NCBI RefSeq assembly: GCF_006345805.1
Contig: NC_043022.1
Span: forward strand, 12,958,001 to 13,022,000
Reading direction: 5' to 3'
DNA length: 64,000 nucleotides
From: Octopus sinensis
Taxonomy: Eukaryota
In this document: in pieces, positions 12,837 to 24,469 of the stretch
How the letters are laid out: every line of letters begins with the position of its first letter
Position numbering within the stretch: position 1 is the first letter of the stretch
Position numbers and translations under genes: made by a program
Notes under the pieces: model-generated
Seen by the model: only the letters and a program-made list of their open reading frames with translations
Told to the model about the DNA's origin: nothing
The model's database searches: none

Positions 12837-14904
12837 TTCATCATCATCATCATTTAGCGTCCGTTTTCCGTGCTAGCATGGGTTGGACGGTTCAACTGGG
12901 GTCTATGAAGCCAGAAGGCTGCATCAGGCCCAGTCAGATCTGGCAGTGTTTCTACGGCTGGATGCCCTTCCTAACGCCAACCACTCCGTGAGTGTAGTGG
13001 GTGCTTTTTACGTGCACCCGCACAGGTGCCAGACAAGGATGGCAAACGGCCACGAATGGATGGTGCTTTTATGTGTCACCGGCACAGGGGCCAGACGAGG
13101 CTGGCAAATGGCCACAATCGGATGGTGCTTTTATGTGCCACCGGCATGGGGGCCAGGCGAAGCTGGCAATGGCCTTTTATGTGCCACCAGCATGGGGGCC
13201 AGGCGAAGCTGGCAACGGCCACGAACGGATGGTGCTTTTATGTGCCACCGGCATGGGGGCCAGGCGAAGCTGGCAACGGCCACGAACGGATGGTGCTTTT
13301 ATGTGCCACCGGCATGGGGGCCAGGCGAAGCTGGCAACGGCCACGAACGGATGGTGCTTTTATGTGCCACCGGCATGGGGGCCAGGCGAAGCTGGCAACG
13401 GCCACGAACGGATGGTTCTTTTATGTGCCACCGGCATGGGGGCCAGGCGAAGCTGGCAACGGCCACGAACGGATGGTGCTTTTATGTGCCACCGGCATGG
13501 GGGCCAGGCGAAGCTGGCAACGGCCACGAACGGATGGTGCTTTTATGTGCCACCGGCATGGGGGTCAGGCGAAGCTGGCAATGGCCTTTTATGTGCCACC
13601 AGCATGGGGGCCAGGCGAAGCTGGCAACGGCCACGAACGGATGGTTCTTTTATGTGCCACCGGCATGGGGGCCAGGCGAAGCTGGCAACGGCCACGAATG
13701 GATGGTTCTTTTATGTGCCCCGGCATGGGGGCCAGGCAAAGCTGGCAACGGCCACGACGGGTGGTGCTTTTATGTGCCACCGGCATGGTGGCCAGGCGAA
13801 GCTGGCAACGGCCACGAACGGATGTGCTTTTATATGTGCCACCGGCATGGGGGCCAGGCGAGGCTGGCAACGGCCACGAACGGATGGTGCTTTTATGTGC
13901 CACCGGCATGGGGGTCAGGCGAAGCTGGCAATGGCCTTTTATGTGCCACCAGCATGGGGGCAGGCGAAGCTGGCAACGGCACGAACATGTTCTTTTATGT
14001 GCCACCGGCATGGGGGCCAGGCAAAGCTGGCAACGCCACGAACGGATGGTGCTTTTATGTGCCACCGGCATGGTGGCCAGGCGAAGCTGGCAACGGCCAC
14101 GAACGGATGGTCTTTATGTGCCCCGGCTGGGGTCAGCGGGCAACGGCCACGAACGGATGGTGCTTTTATGTGCCCCACCGGCATGGGGGCCAGGCGAAGC
14201 TGGCAACGCCACGAACGGATGGTGCTTTTATGTGCCACGCGGCGGGCCAGGCGAGGCTGGCAACGGCCACGAACGGATGGTGCTTTTATGTGCCACCGGC
14301 ATGGGGTCAGGCAAGGCTGGCAACGGCCACGAACGGATGGTGCTTTTATGTGCCACCGGCATGGGGGCCAGGCGAAGCTGGCAACGGCCACGAACGGATG
14401 GTTCTTTTATGTGCCACCGGCATGGGGGCCAGGCAAAGCTGGCAACGGCCACGAACGGATGGTGCTTTTATGTGCCACCGGCATGGTGGCCAGGCGAAGC
14501 TGGCAACGGCCACGAACGATGGTGCTTTTATCTTGTGCCACCGGCATGGGGGCCAGCGAAGCTGGCAACGGCCACGAACGGATGGTGCTTTTATGTGCCA
14601 CCGGCATGGGGGCCAGGCGAGGCTGGCAACGGCCACGAATGGATGGTGCTTTTATGTGCCACCGGCATGGGGGCCAGGCGAGGCTGGCAACGGCCACGAA
14701 CGGATGGTGCTTTTATGTGCCACCGGCATGGGGGCCAGGCGAGGCTGGCAACGGCCACGAACGGATGGTGCTTTTATGTGCCACCGGCATGGGGGCCAGG
14801 CAAGGCTGGCAACGGCCACGAATGGATGGTGCTTTTTACGTGCCACCGGCACGAGGCCAGTCGGGGCGGCGCTGGCAACGGTCACAAACGGATGGTTCTC
14901 TTTT
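12837..14904 (-). mobile_element. Retroposon family D with a greatly expanded 5' monomer array
   Basis: (CAT)n at 12837, body homologous to 17776-18056, 48803-49012 and 56836-57184, followed by the 61-bp array. Confidence 0.85.
13026..14904. repeat. GC-rich 61-bp minisatellite, roughly 30 units
   Basis: Unit ggcaacggccacgaacggatggtgcttttatgtgccaccggcatgggggccaggcgaagct; the 61-bp period is visible as a 1-nt shift per 60-nt line; 46-bp deletion variants are interspersed. Confidence 0.95.
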
Positions 14905-14913
14905 ATAATTATT

Positions 14914-15428
14914 AAAGGCGGCGAGCTGGCAGAAATCTTAGCACACCTGGCGAAATGCTTACCTGTATTTCGTCTGCCGCTACGTTTTGAGTTCAAATTC
15001 AGCCGAGGTTGACTTTGCCTTTCATCCTTTCGGGGTCGATAAATTAAGTACCAGTTACGCACTGGGGGGTCAATTTAATCGGCTGCAGGGTCACTCCCGA
15101 AAAGCTCTATCTACGACAATTTCATCTCAATCGAAGGAGAGGGGCTTTCTCCATCCGGGTTGCGGATCCGTGGAATAAGCTGCCGGACGAGATAGTGAAG
15201 ATGCCGACGACCGCTCGGTTCAAAGTCTCTCTTGACCAGAAATGACCTGAACTCTTTACATGAACACCCTCCCTGTACATAACTCCATGTCCCCCTACAT
15301 GGCCTTGCTTTTTGCTTTTTGAGCCAAAAAATTAACTTAATTAAATTAACTTAATCAACTTAATCCATTTGTCTGTCCTTGTTTGTCCTCTCTGTGTTTA
15401 GCCCCTTGTGGGCAATAAAGAAATAGGT
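14914..15428 (+). mobile_element. SINE family A interrupted by a CR1-type LINE 3' end
   Basis: Head/core at 14914-15080, resumes at about 15357 (aacttaatccatttgtctgtcc...aagaaata). Confidence 0.8.
15081..15356 (+). mobile_element. 5'-truncated CR1/L2-type LINE fragment
   Basis: Encodes ...AFSIRVADPWNKLPDEIVKMPTTARFKVSLD, typical of the CR1 ORF2 C-terminus; short AT-rich repeat tail; ttaatc on both sides. Confidence 0.7.
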
Positions 15429-17419
15429 GTTTATAATTATTAGTCCTTAGTTCTCTTTTTAACACCCTTCCCTCTTCTTTTGACCACCATGTTTTGTATA
15501 AAACCTTAGAACCTTTCTGGTAATAGTACTCACTCTATTATACACTCACTGCAACAACATCTCACTATCTCTGTGTGGTAAGTAGCTTGCTTCCGAACCA
15601 CATGGTTCCGGGTTCAGTCCCACTGTGTCCTACTATGCTCCCACTAACGCCAATCTTTTTCCTACTAGACACCGCTGCATGTCTATATATGGTTACTAAC
15701 TACCACCTAACATTGTTATCAGAGCTAGCACATTGATCCTGGGTCCTGGGAATCAGAAGGGGTCCATGAATAGCTGGTACCCCCCCCCCCCCGTCCACAA
15801 GGAAAAACAAAAAAAATTAAGGTAACTTGCACCCTTTCAAAATGTCTGAGATACTCCTATCACCAGCGTCACCAGACCCCATGGAGGCCTGAAAACAATG
15901 CCCCTTACCACCGTCACCACCACCACTAAAGCACTTGATGTCGGTTCTGATCCCTGCGCAATTGCACCACACGGAATGTTGCACTGGTCTAACAGCACAA
16001 TTTTATGGCCTTGCCGGATGGCCCGCCTCCACCATCACCACTACCACTGCACCCAGAACCCTGTTCACTAAGTATCTACTACCACCCTAACACTGTAGTC
16101 AATACTGCACCTAGAAGAACCCTGTTAATCAATACACTGCAAACAATGACACCTTATTGTTAATCCACCGATATTTCTTTTCATTGCCGACTGCTGAGGA
16201 AACAAAAAAAAGATGATGATGATGATAATGGTGGTGGGTGGGTGGGGTGGTATTGATTTCCATCTGTTCACTCTTGGCTATTTGGTCACTGCTACCACTA
16301 CTGGACATTTACTGAGGACTCTTACAAGTATTTCCTTTCAAATTTGAATGGGGGTTGGCGAGGGTGGCTACGTGGAGCTGGCAGTGTAGTGATGATGGTG
16401 GTGGGGTAGCTTGTAGTGCTAGTGGTGTTATGTGGTTGTTGTAGTGGTAGAAATGTAGGGACGGTAATGGTGGTGACTGTAGTGGTAGTAGTGGTGGTAG
16501 TGTTGGTGGTGGTGTAGCTTGTAGTGATAGTGGTGTTATGTGGTGGTGTAGTGGTTGTTGTAGTGGTAGAAATGTAGGCATGATGATGATGATGGTGGTG
16601 ACTGTAGTGGTGGTGGTGGTGGGGTGTCTCAGAATGCCGTAGCAGGATGGTATTATGAATAAGGGATGTAGAAGTAATGGTGGTGGTGGTGCTGGTGCTG
16701 GCGATGGATTAGGATGTAGTGGCCATATGTAATGGTGGTGGTGGGGGGGTCGGTCCATCCATTGATCACTCACCCTAACCCTCACCACACACTGCATCTC
16801 ATGTCACCTCTCCACTCTCTTTCTCTCTCACCTGCACATTCTTTTCCTCCTCCTCCTCTTACTACTTCACATCTCTCTCTCTCTCTCTCCCCTTCCTCTC
16901 ACATATAAACATTCACTCTATCTTTCTGCCTCTCTTAAATGCAAATTATCTCCCTCAAAATCTCCTCCCCCCTACACATTAACTCCTCCTCCTTTACTCT
17001 CTTCCTCTATCATACACACATGCACTCTCTGTCTCTTTTCAACTCTCCCTTCCTCCTTTTCTTCCCTTTTCAAATGCACATCTTCTTCCTCCTCCTCTCA
17101 TATATGCAAATTATATTTTCCTCTCTCTCTCTCACACACAATCTTTCCTCTCTATTCTCAACCATATCATAACTGTTGGACATCTGGAGGTTCCTGTGGA
17201 CCACCAGATAGCCACTGAATTAGAAGTGGGTGGTGGTGGTGGCATTTAACCCTGGGTCGGTCAGTCCTTTACTCATCAGATTTATGATACAAAGTTGTTC
17301 CAACCTCAAACAACCCAGCATTTTTTTCTTTCTGGGACTTCATTGTCCAATGACTAGGTGTGGTGTAGTAAAAGGTAGATTTGGCTGCTATTTTTAGTGA
17401 GTTAAGTGACCACATAGAG

Positions 17420-17735
17420 CAGGGGTTCTCAACCACTTTTTATCTATGGACCCCTTTGATTACTATTTTATTCTGGTGGATCTCCATGGCCATTTCACGT
17501 TTAAAAACTAGTTTTCTAGAAACGTCTTAAAATTCCTCTTTTGTTTCTCACACATTAATTTGTGGTAGGTTGAACTATGTACAATGTTAGGGAAAGAAAC
17601 CCAGATATTTCTTGTAATACATACCAATGCATACATACATATAAAGTAAAAAATTTTCAGGGTCCCTTCAAATTCTATTGTGGATCCTTAATTTATTTAC
17701 AATTTTGTTATATGGACCCTGGTTGAGAAGGACTG
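17420..17735. mobile_element. hAT(Charlie)-like MITE, decayed
   Basis: TIRs caggggttctcaacc / ggttgagaaggactg, subterminal tatggaccc motifs; relatives at about 32061-32250 and 43598-43833. Confidence 0.65.
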
Positions 17736-17775
17736 ATGAAGAAGCTCACTCAATGTGTGTGTGTTTGTGGGAGAA

Positions 17776-18056
17776 TCATCATCATTTAGCGTCCGCTTTC
17801 CATGCTAGCATGGGTTGGACGGGTCAACCGGGGGGCTGTGAAGCCAGAAGGCTGCATCAGGCCCAGTCTGATCTGGCAGTGTTTCTACAGCTGGATGCCC
17901 TTCCTAACGCCAACCACTCCGCGAGTGTAGTGGGTGCTTTTTACATGCCACCTGCACAGGTGCCAGACGGTGCTGGCAAACGGCCACGAACGGATGGTGA
18001 TTTTACGTGCCACCGGCACGGGGGCCAGACGAGGCTGGCAACGGACACGAACGAAT
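17776..18056 (-). mobile_element. Retroposon family D, about 2 monomers
   Basis: High similarity to 12837-13140. Confidence 0.85.
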
Positions 18057-18196
18057 GTGTGTGTAAATGTGTAGGTGTGTGGGAGAATGTAGGTGTGTAT
18101 AAATGTGTATGCTGTCACCATCATCATCATCATCATTACAGTTCTAATGCAGTAACTAGCTAACCTTTGTCTGTCTGTCTGTTTGTCTCTCTGTAG

Positions 18197-18290
18197 GTCC
18201 CAGGAGGATCAGAAAATTGCCCAGCAGGTGTACCAGGAATTCTTGAAACAGGAGCAGAATGATAAAAGTGTGATGGAGTGTGATGATGAG
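18197..18290 (+). CDS. CCDC50: CCDC50-like exon
   Basis: ctctctgtag acceptor, GTGAGT donor, phase 2->0, continues the frame: (R)SQEDQKIAQQVYQEFLKQEQNDKSVMECDDE. Confidence 0.9.
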
Positions 18291-18419
18291 GTGAGTATCT
18301 GGCTTTTTATTGAGTCAAGAGTTGTCATGGTAACAGTGTGGGGATGGAGGTTGGGTTGGGGCATTGGTGCGGCGAATATTACGGAACAAGGGTGGGATTG
18401 TGTGTGTGTGTGTGTGTGT

Positions 18420-18792
18420 AGGTGAAGGCTTGGCTGTGTGGTTAACAAGCTTGCTTTCCGACCGTATCGTCTCAGGTTTGGTCCCATTGCAGAGCACCTT
18501 GGACAAGTGTCTTCTACTACAGCCCTGGGCTGACCAAAGCCTTGGGAGTGGAATCGGTAGATGGAAACTGGAAGGCGAGTTGGCAGAAACGTTAGCACGC
18601 CGGGCAAAATGCTTAGCGGTATTTCGTCTGCCGCTACGTTCTGGGTTCAAATTCCTCCGAGGTCGACTTTGCCTTTCATCCTTTCAGGGTCGATTAAATA
18701 AGTACCAGTTACACACTGGGGTCAATATAATCGACTTAATCCGCTTGTTTGTCCTGTCTGTGTTTAGCCCCTTGTGGGTAGTAAAGAAATAG
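18420..18792 (+). mobile_element. Family B SINE head (18420-18571) followed by a complete family A SINE (18572-18792)
   Basis: Family B motifs to ggaaactg, then aaggcgagttggcagaaacgttagc...gtaaagaaata. Confidence 0.8.
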
Positions 18793-19173
18793 GAAACTAG
18801 AAGATTCCCATTGTGTGTGTCCCCTCTTGTCTTGATATCATGTGATGGCTGTAAACAAGCATCACCATCATACAAGTGGTGGTGTTTGTGTCCAGTCTTC
18901 TGTGAACAACGTCTAACCATGAAAAATAAGTGAGGGTTGGTGATAGAAGGGGCATCCAACTGTAGAAAACTCTACTCCCAACATGGATTCCCTCTGTAAA
19001 TGGGATTATTTATTGATGATATAAAAATTTAGAAACTTCAAGAACATGGAATAATTATTTTTAAGATTGATGAATCTTGAAGTACATAGAGCTATAAGTA
19101 ATAGCATGTAAATATTTATAGCTTTATTTGCTTCAAGATTCACTGTTCCTAAAACAAACAAATAAATTAATTA

Positions 19174-19205
<32 letters not shown>

Positions 19206-19933
19206 TATATATAAACCACTTAGTGCTTTCCAAACATGCAGTTTTGGGTTCAGTCCCACTGCATGACACCTTGGGCATGTGCTTTCTGCTGTAGCCCTGG
19301 GTTAACCAAAGCCTTGGGAGTTGATTTGGTAGGCAAAAACTGAAAGAAGCATATATGTATGTGTATATATATAATCATCTGATAATCTTATAGCATGCTT
19401 TACAAAGCTCTTCCGTGGGTATCAGCTACCATATGTAGTCATCCATCAGGAATTCTCTTTTTACTGAATACACATGAAGGATCCATTTATATCCACAGAC
19501 TTCATACAAAAGAATTATTATACCAGAAGGAGGATTTAATTTGTGTGTGTGTGTGTGGCTGTGTACTTGTATGTATTTGTGTCAGTTCATAGTTCCCTTT
19601 TCATCACATGTATTCACTTAATCTAGTTGTAAGCAATGGCCCTGCTGACAGTGTCCTTTGCTTGCAATCCACTCTAAACGTCTGTCTTAGGGCTTCTTGA
19701 CTTGTACAATATTTGTAAGCTGTTTGTTTGTTTCCAGTTCTTTGCATAATCATGTCTTGATTGTTGTTCAATAGACTGGGAGTTTACCTTGCTTGGAAGT
19801 GAGCGGGGATGTTGATGACAGGAAGGGCATCCAGTTGTAGAAAAGGCTCTGCTTGTCCCAATTTACTATCTTCTGATTCATGCAAGCAGGGAAAAGAAAG
19901 CAATAAAATGACGATATTTTTCTCTCTAATTAG

Positions 19934-20087
19934 GAATTAGCCCGACAAATGCAAGAGAAAGAGAAGAGGAAGTACGATCGATACCTAGAGAAGAAAAGAG
20001 AACGCCAATTGAAGAGAGAACGGGAGAAGATTGAGAAGAAACTGGCTGAGCAATCAGAAGAAGCACGACTGACCACGTTTTCTCCTG
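19934..20087 (+). CDS. CCDC50: CCDC50-like exon (MIU-like helix + charged coiled coil)
   Basis: TAG acceptor, GTAAGT donor, phase 0->1: ELARQMQEKEKRKYDRYLEKKRERQLKREREKIEKKLAEQSEEARLTTFSP. Confidence 0.9.
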
Positions 20088-20531
20088 GTAAGTTGATGAT
20101 GGTGGTGGTGATGAGTGGAGGAAGTGGGTCTTGCAGTTTGGAGTGATGGTGGTGGTTAATCAGTTTGCTTTGCAACTGCATGATTTCAGGTTCAATCCCA
20201 GGCTATGACACTTCGGGCAAGCGTCTTCTACTATAGCTCTTTGCTTGAGCAAAGCCTTGTAAAATGAAATTTGATCCATGGAAACTGTACTGAAGCCTGC
20301 TGGAGGAACTTTTTATTCTTTTTAGATGGTAGGCCTAATCCATGGTTTACCCACACCGCCTGGCCCTTGGAAGCCTTTTGCAGGGTCCACTCTGTTATGA
20401 GCATTCAGTTTTAAGCATAAAAGTTCACAAAAGTATGTGCAAGTCCTGTACTGTCTTCTACGTTTGTGTGTGTGTGTGTCAATGTATCTCTATTTATGTG
20501 TGTCTTTTGATATATGTATGTTAGATTATGT

Positions 20532-20809
20532 GGAGGCACAATGGCCCAGTGGTTAGGGCAGCGAACTCGCGGTCAGAGGATCGCGGTTTCGATTCCCTGA
20601 CCAGGCTTTGTATGTGTTTATTGAGCCGAAAACACCTAAAAGCTCCACAAGGCTCCGATGGGGGTGGGTGGGGGGGTGGCGACCCCTGTTGTACTCTTTT
20701 GCCACAACTTTCTCTAACTCTCTTTTCCTGTTTCTTGGGTAACGCTATGATGGACTGGCGTCCCGTCCAGCTGAGCGGGACACATATGCCACAGAAACCG
20801 GGCCCATGA
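20532..20809 (+). mobile_element. SINE family C (tRNA-derived, octopus OR-like)
   Basis: ggaggcacaatggcccagtggttagggcagcg A-box and ggtttcgattccc B-box, followed by non-tRNA body; homologues at 33086 and 50682. Confidence 0.8.
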
Positions 20810-20996
20810 GATTATGGGTGTGTTTGTATGTATGAATCCATGTATGCCTTGTTTATGTTGCACTGTGTTACCACACATCATACAGAATTCCATATGTGTG
20901 TGTATATCCCACACATCCTACATAATATCTGTGTTTGTGTTACATACACACACATACATCCTAGACAATCTAACAATATGTCCTCCCTATTTCCAG

Positions 20997-21063
20997 ATGC
21001 TGTTGAGGACCTCAGAGAAAATGTTGACAATCTTCACTTAAAGACTCCCCCTTCCAATGTCAA
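20997..21063 (+). CDS. CCDC50: CCDC50-like exon
   Basis: tttccag acceptor, GTAAGT donor, phase 1->2: (D)AVEDLRENVDNLHLKTPPSNV(K). Confidence 0.85.
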
Positions 21064-21641
21064 GTAAGTAACTCTGTTCACTTCACTCATACTCCTCGAT
21101 GCCACATCTCTAACACTTACACATTGGTACTCACCCACACCTATAACCTTGTACCTCTACCCCCATGCCCATAACACTTGTACACCTGTGGGTCCACTAT
21201 ATCCTTAACATGTGCACTCTTGTCCCCACAGCACATCTACTCCTACACTTAATACACTTATATATCTACAGCATCTATATTGTCAAACCCGCTGCAACTG
21301 TACTCCCGTAATCACAAGACCTTTCCTTCTTTATCCACAACACCTGAACTCATACAATGATATATATACCTGTACCCAAACATCCACAACCCACAACACT
21401 TGTATCCACTACACTTGTACTCACATTCCACAGTAATTTATATGAAATATCCAATCACAACTTAACGAAACCAAGCTAAAATTCTGAATAAATCTCAACT
21501 CAACTCCCCCTACACACACACACACACACACACCTCTCTTCACTCTCCTACAATGTGCCTGGTGAGGCCATGTTTACCAGCGGTTTATTGTTTGTTTTTT
21601 AAATTGATATTGTTTGATTTATATTTGCTATCCTTCTCCAG

Positions 21642-21753
21642 AGTTCGTCATAGCGGTCAACTTGAGGACAACGGTGACTTCAGTGACTTCTACGTGCTGC
21701 CACCTACTGCAGACGTTACTGAACAGAAACTGCTACAAGAGTATCAGGACGAG
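21642..21753 (+). CDS. CCDC50: CCDC50-like exon (candidate LIR)
   Basis: ccttctccag acceptor, GTACGT donor, phase 2->0: VRHSGQLEDNGDFSDFYVLPPTADVTEQKLLQEYQDE. Confidence 0.88.
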
Positions 21754-22571
21754 GTACGTCTCACTTATTTCTGTCTCTCGGTGATAATGGTAAGGGGTAA
21801 TTTTAGGATCAAATGGAATAGGGAGCAAAATACTTTATAGTTTCTAGTCTGTTCTCTCTCTGTTGCGGGCTCAACTTCTGCCCCTTTCCCTTCTTTCTGG
21901 AATCAATGAACAGCTTCCTGCAAATACCCTTCAGGGTCAATTCAGTCGGCACTTCTCTATCAAAATTGACCTTGTATCTTGTTAAAAATAAATTCCCATG
22001 AACAATGTTGATTTGGGAGTCCAAGCGCACAACTGTCAATGTATATAAGGGGCCAATTGTTCTTATGGCTAGATATCCTTCTTACTGTTAACGACAGAAC
22101 TTGCTGCCAGGAACAACAGATAATGACTGTTGTAAGTTTTGAACTTGCGATAGTGTCCTCAACAGTTCAAAATCGTAATTTCTCCATCATTCTACCCTGT
22201 AGGTTTCTATCTTTTGACTCTTGACCATTCCCTACATTTTGGTCAAATGTTCTCACATGGTTCATATGGAAAAGATCAACACAATGAAGACTTTACCTTT
22301 AATGTTCCAGAAATAAAACCTCAATAGATTATTAAATTTTTTTTTAATAGTTTTCTCTTTTTTTCCCCCCACCTTGATAGGCATGTAGATTGATGAGATA
22401 CAAACCAACAAATTATTCGTTTGCCTATTGTCTTTTTTTTTTTTTACGGTCGTTGACAAGCGTGCAGATTGTCTTTTGAGTTTGTAAAAGAAAGCAGATT
22501 TATCCAGTCTTGTTTTTGTTTTGTTTTTGCTAATCTGTCTTTTCTGAGGATAATATTTCATGTTTCTTCAG

Positions 22572-22607
22572 GAACTTGCACAGTTAATCCAAGAACAAGA
22601 ACATAAG
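22572..22607 (+). CDS. CCDC50: CCDC50-like 36-nt micro-exon (MIU-like core)
   Basis: tttcttcag acceptor, GTATGT donor, phase 0->0: ELAQLIQEQEHK, completing QDE|ELAQLIQEQE. Confidence 0.85.
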
Positions 22608-22869
22608 GTATGTTTCAGTTCTTTCAACAGTTTCCTTTATTCTTTCAACACTTGGGAGATTAAATGATTGACTGAGACGGTTAACACATTTTATACCTGT
22701 GACAGCTTGTCCACATACTAACAGGTTATTCTATGGAACCATCTATAGTTAAAAGAAGGTTTAGAGGAAGTAGAAACAAAGAACTAAGATATTGTTGAAA
22801 ATCTGGTGCAAGGGAATCCTTATGGATCTGCCTTTAACAATGTGCTTGTGCTACTACTTTTTTTTTTTT

Positions 22870-23115
22870 TGCGCCCCTTTAAAGCCTAGCCAGGCTCATG
22901 GGCCCGGTTTCCCGGTTTCAATGGCATATGTGTTCCCCAACTGGACGGGACGCCAGTCCATCACAGCGTTACTCATTTTTGCCAGCTGAGTGGACTGGAG
23001 CAACATGAAATGAAGTGTTTTGCACAAGAACACAATGCATCGCCCGCTCCAGGAATCGAAACCACAATCTTACGATCATGATGCTAACACCCTAACCACT
23101 AAGCCACACGCCTCT
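22870..23115 (-). mobile_element. SINE family C relative
   Basis: Reverse-complement tRNA-like head (ggaatcgaaacc...ctaaccactaagccac) and gggcccggtttcccggtttc 3' part; relatives at about 35010-35230, 37265-37505, 63925-64000. Confidence 0.7.
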
Positions 23116-23149
23116 ACACCAGTACTACTACTATTACTAATAATAATAA

Positions 23150-24435
23150 TGATTTTTTTGTTCAAGCTAACAATTTTAGGGAAGATGCCAAGTTGATTAC
23201 GTCAGCCCCTGTGCTCAATGGGTACTTATTTTATTGACCCCAAAAGAAAAGTAAACTTCAGCTGAATTTGAACTCAGGGCATAAAGAACTGAAATAGAAT
23301 TACCTCTAAGCATTTTGTCCAACATGCTAATGATTCTGCCAGTTCACCACTTTAATGATTTTAAACTTTGACTCAAGGTCAGCAATTTGGGAGAAGCTTG
23401 TAAGTTGACTACATCAACCCCCAGTACTCAACTGGTACTTATTTTATCAGCTCCAAAAGAAAAGCAAAGAAGGCCTCAGTGAAATTTTAACTGAGTATGT
23501 GCTAAGCATGTCATCTCACTGCCTTATTTATAATAATAAGGATAGTAAAAATGGAAATGATCCCTATAATAATAGGTGTTTCAGGTATGATTATAAAAAA
23601 AAAAGACAAATAAAACCTTCTGGACGTTATAAAAAATTGCACTGCTAGATGCTGCACACATCTTAGTTAGAGCACTTTCAAAGCAGTGAAAATAGCAGCA
23701 TGAAAAGAAAGTACAGCACATACCCAAGGCACATAGAGCTGCACTCAGCAGTGTAGTGAAAGCACACAGTAAAAGCGAGACAACTGAATGATAAATTCCC
23801 CTTTTAGTATAGACACATGGCTTGAGATTTTTGGAGAGAGGGAGTTAGGCAAGTCCATCAACCCCAGAAGGATGAACAGGCAAAGTGATCCTCAGCAGCG
23901 TTTGAACTCTGAAATAAAAGATGGACAAAATGCTGCCAAGTATTTTTATCCAGTGTAGTAATGATTCTGTTAGCTTTTACTTATTCTTTTCCGTGGATTT
24001 TTTTGTAGGTTTTTCTTTCAACGGATAACCCTAGACAGTGTTTTAGTTTCTCCCTCTTTTGGGAATTTCAGTTGTTAAACCAATACATTGTTATCCTTTG
24101 TGTACACGTCACAAAATGTTTTCAATCCCTATTGATCGGTTTTGAAAAGAAAAATTCTTCATTGTATTGCCCCCTATGGTGTTTGGCCCTTCATGGCTTA
24201 AAGAAACCTACTTTATTTTTTTCTGCTATAGGCACTAGGCTTAACATTTTGGAGATGGGGTTAAGTCAATTATATCAACCCCAGTGTATAACTGGTACTT
24301 ATTTTATCGACCCCGAAAGGATGAAAGGTTAAAATCAACCTTGGCAAAATTTGAACTCTGAACGTAAAGATGGATGAAATGTCAATAAACATTTTGGCCA
24401 GTTTGCTAAAAATTCTACCAGTTTGTTGTCCTTAT
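23150..24435 (-). mobile_element. Several decayed family A SINE copies
   Basis: Recurrent ggtacttattttat..cc..aaag, gaatttgaactc and gattctgccag motifs. Confidence 0.65.
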
Positions 24436-24436
24436 C

Positions 24437-24469
<33 letters not shown>

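Noticed and set aside
13026-14904. CRISPR-like array
   Set aside because: Units are head-to-tail with no unique spacers, there are no cas genes, and the context is eukaryotic.
12883-15012. Three overlapping 629-709 aa ORFs
   Set aside because: The 61-bp unit has no stop codon in any + frame and its period is not a multiple of 3, so all frames cycle through the same peptides. The region is intronic and within a retroposon.
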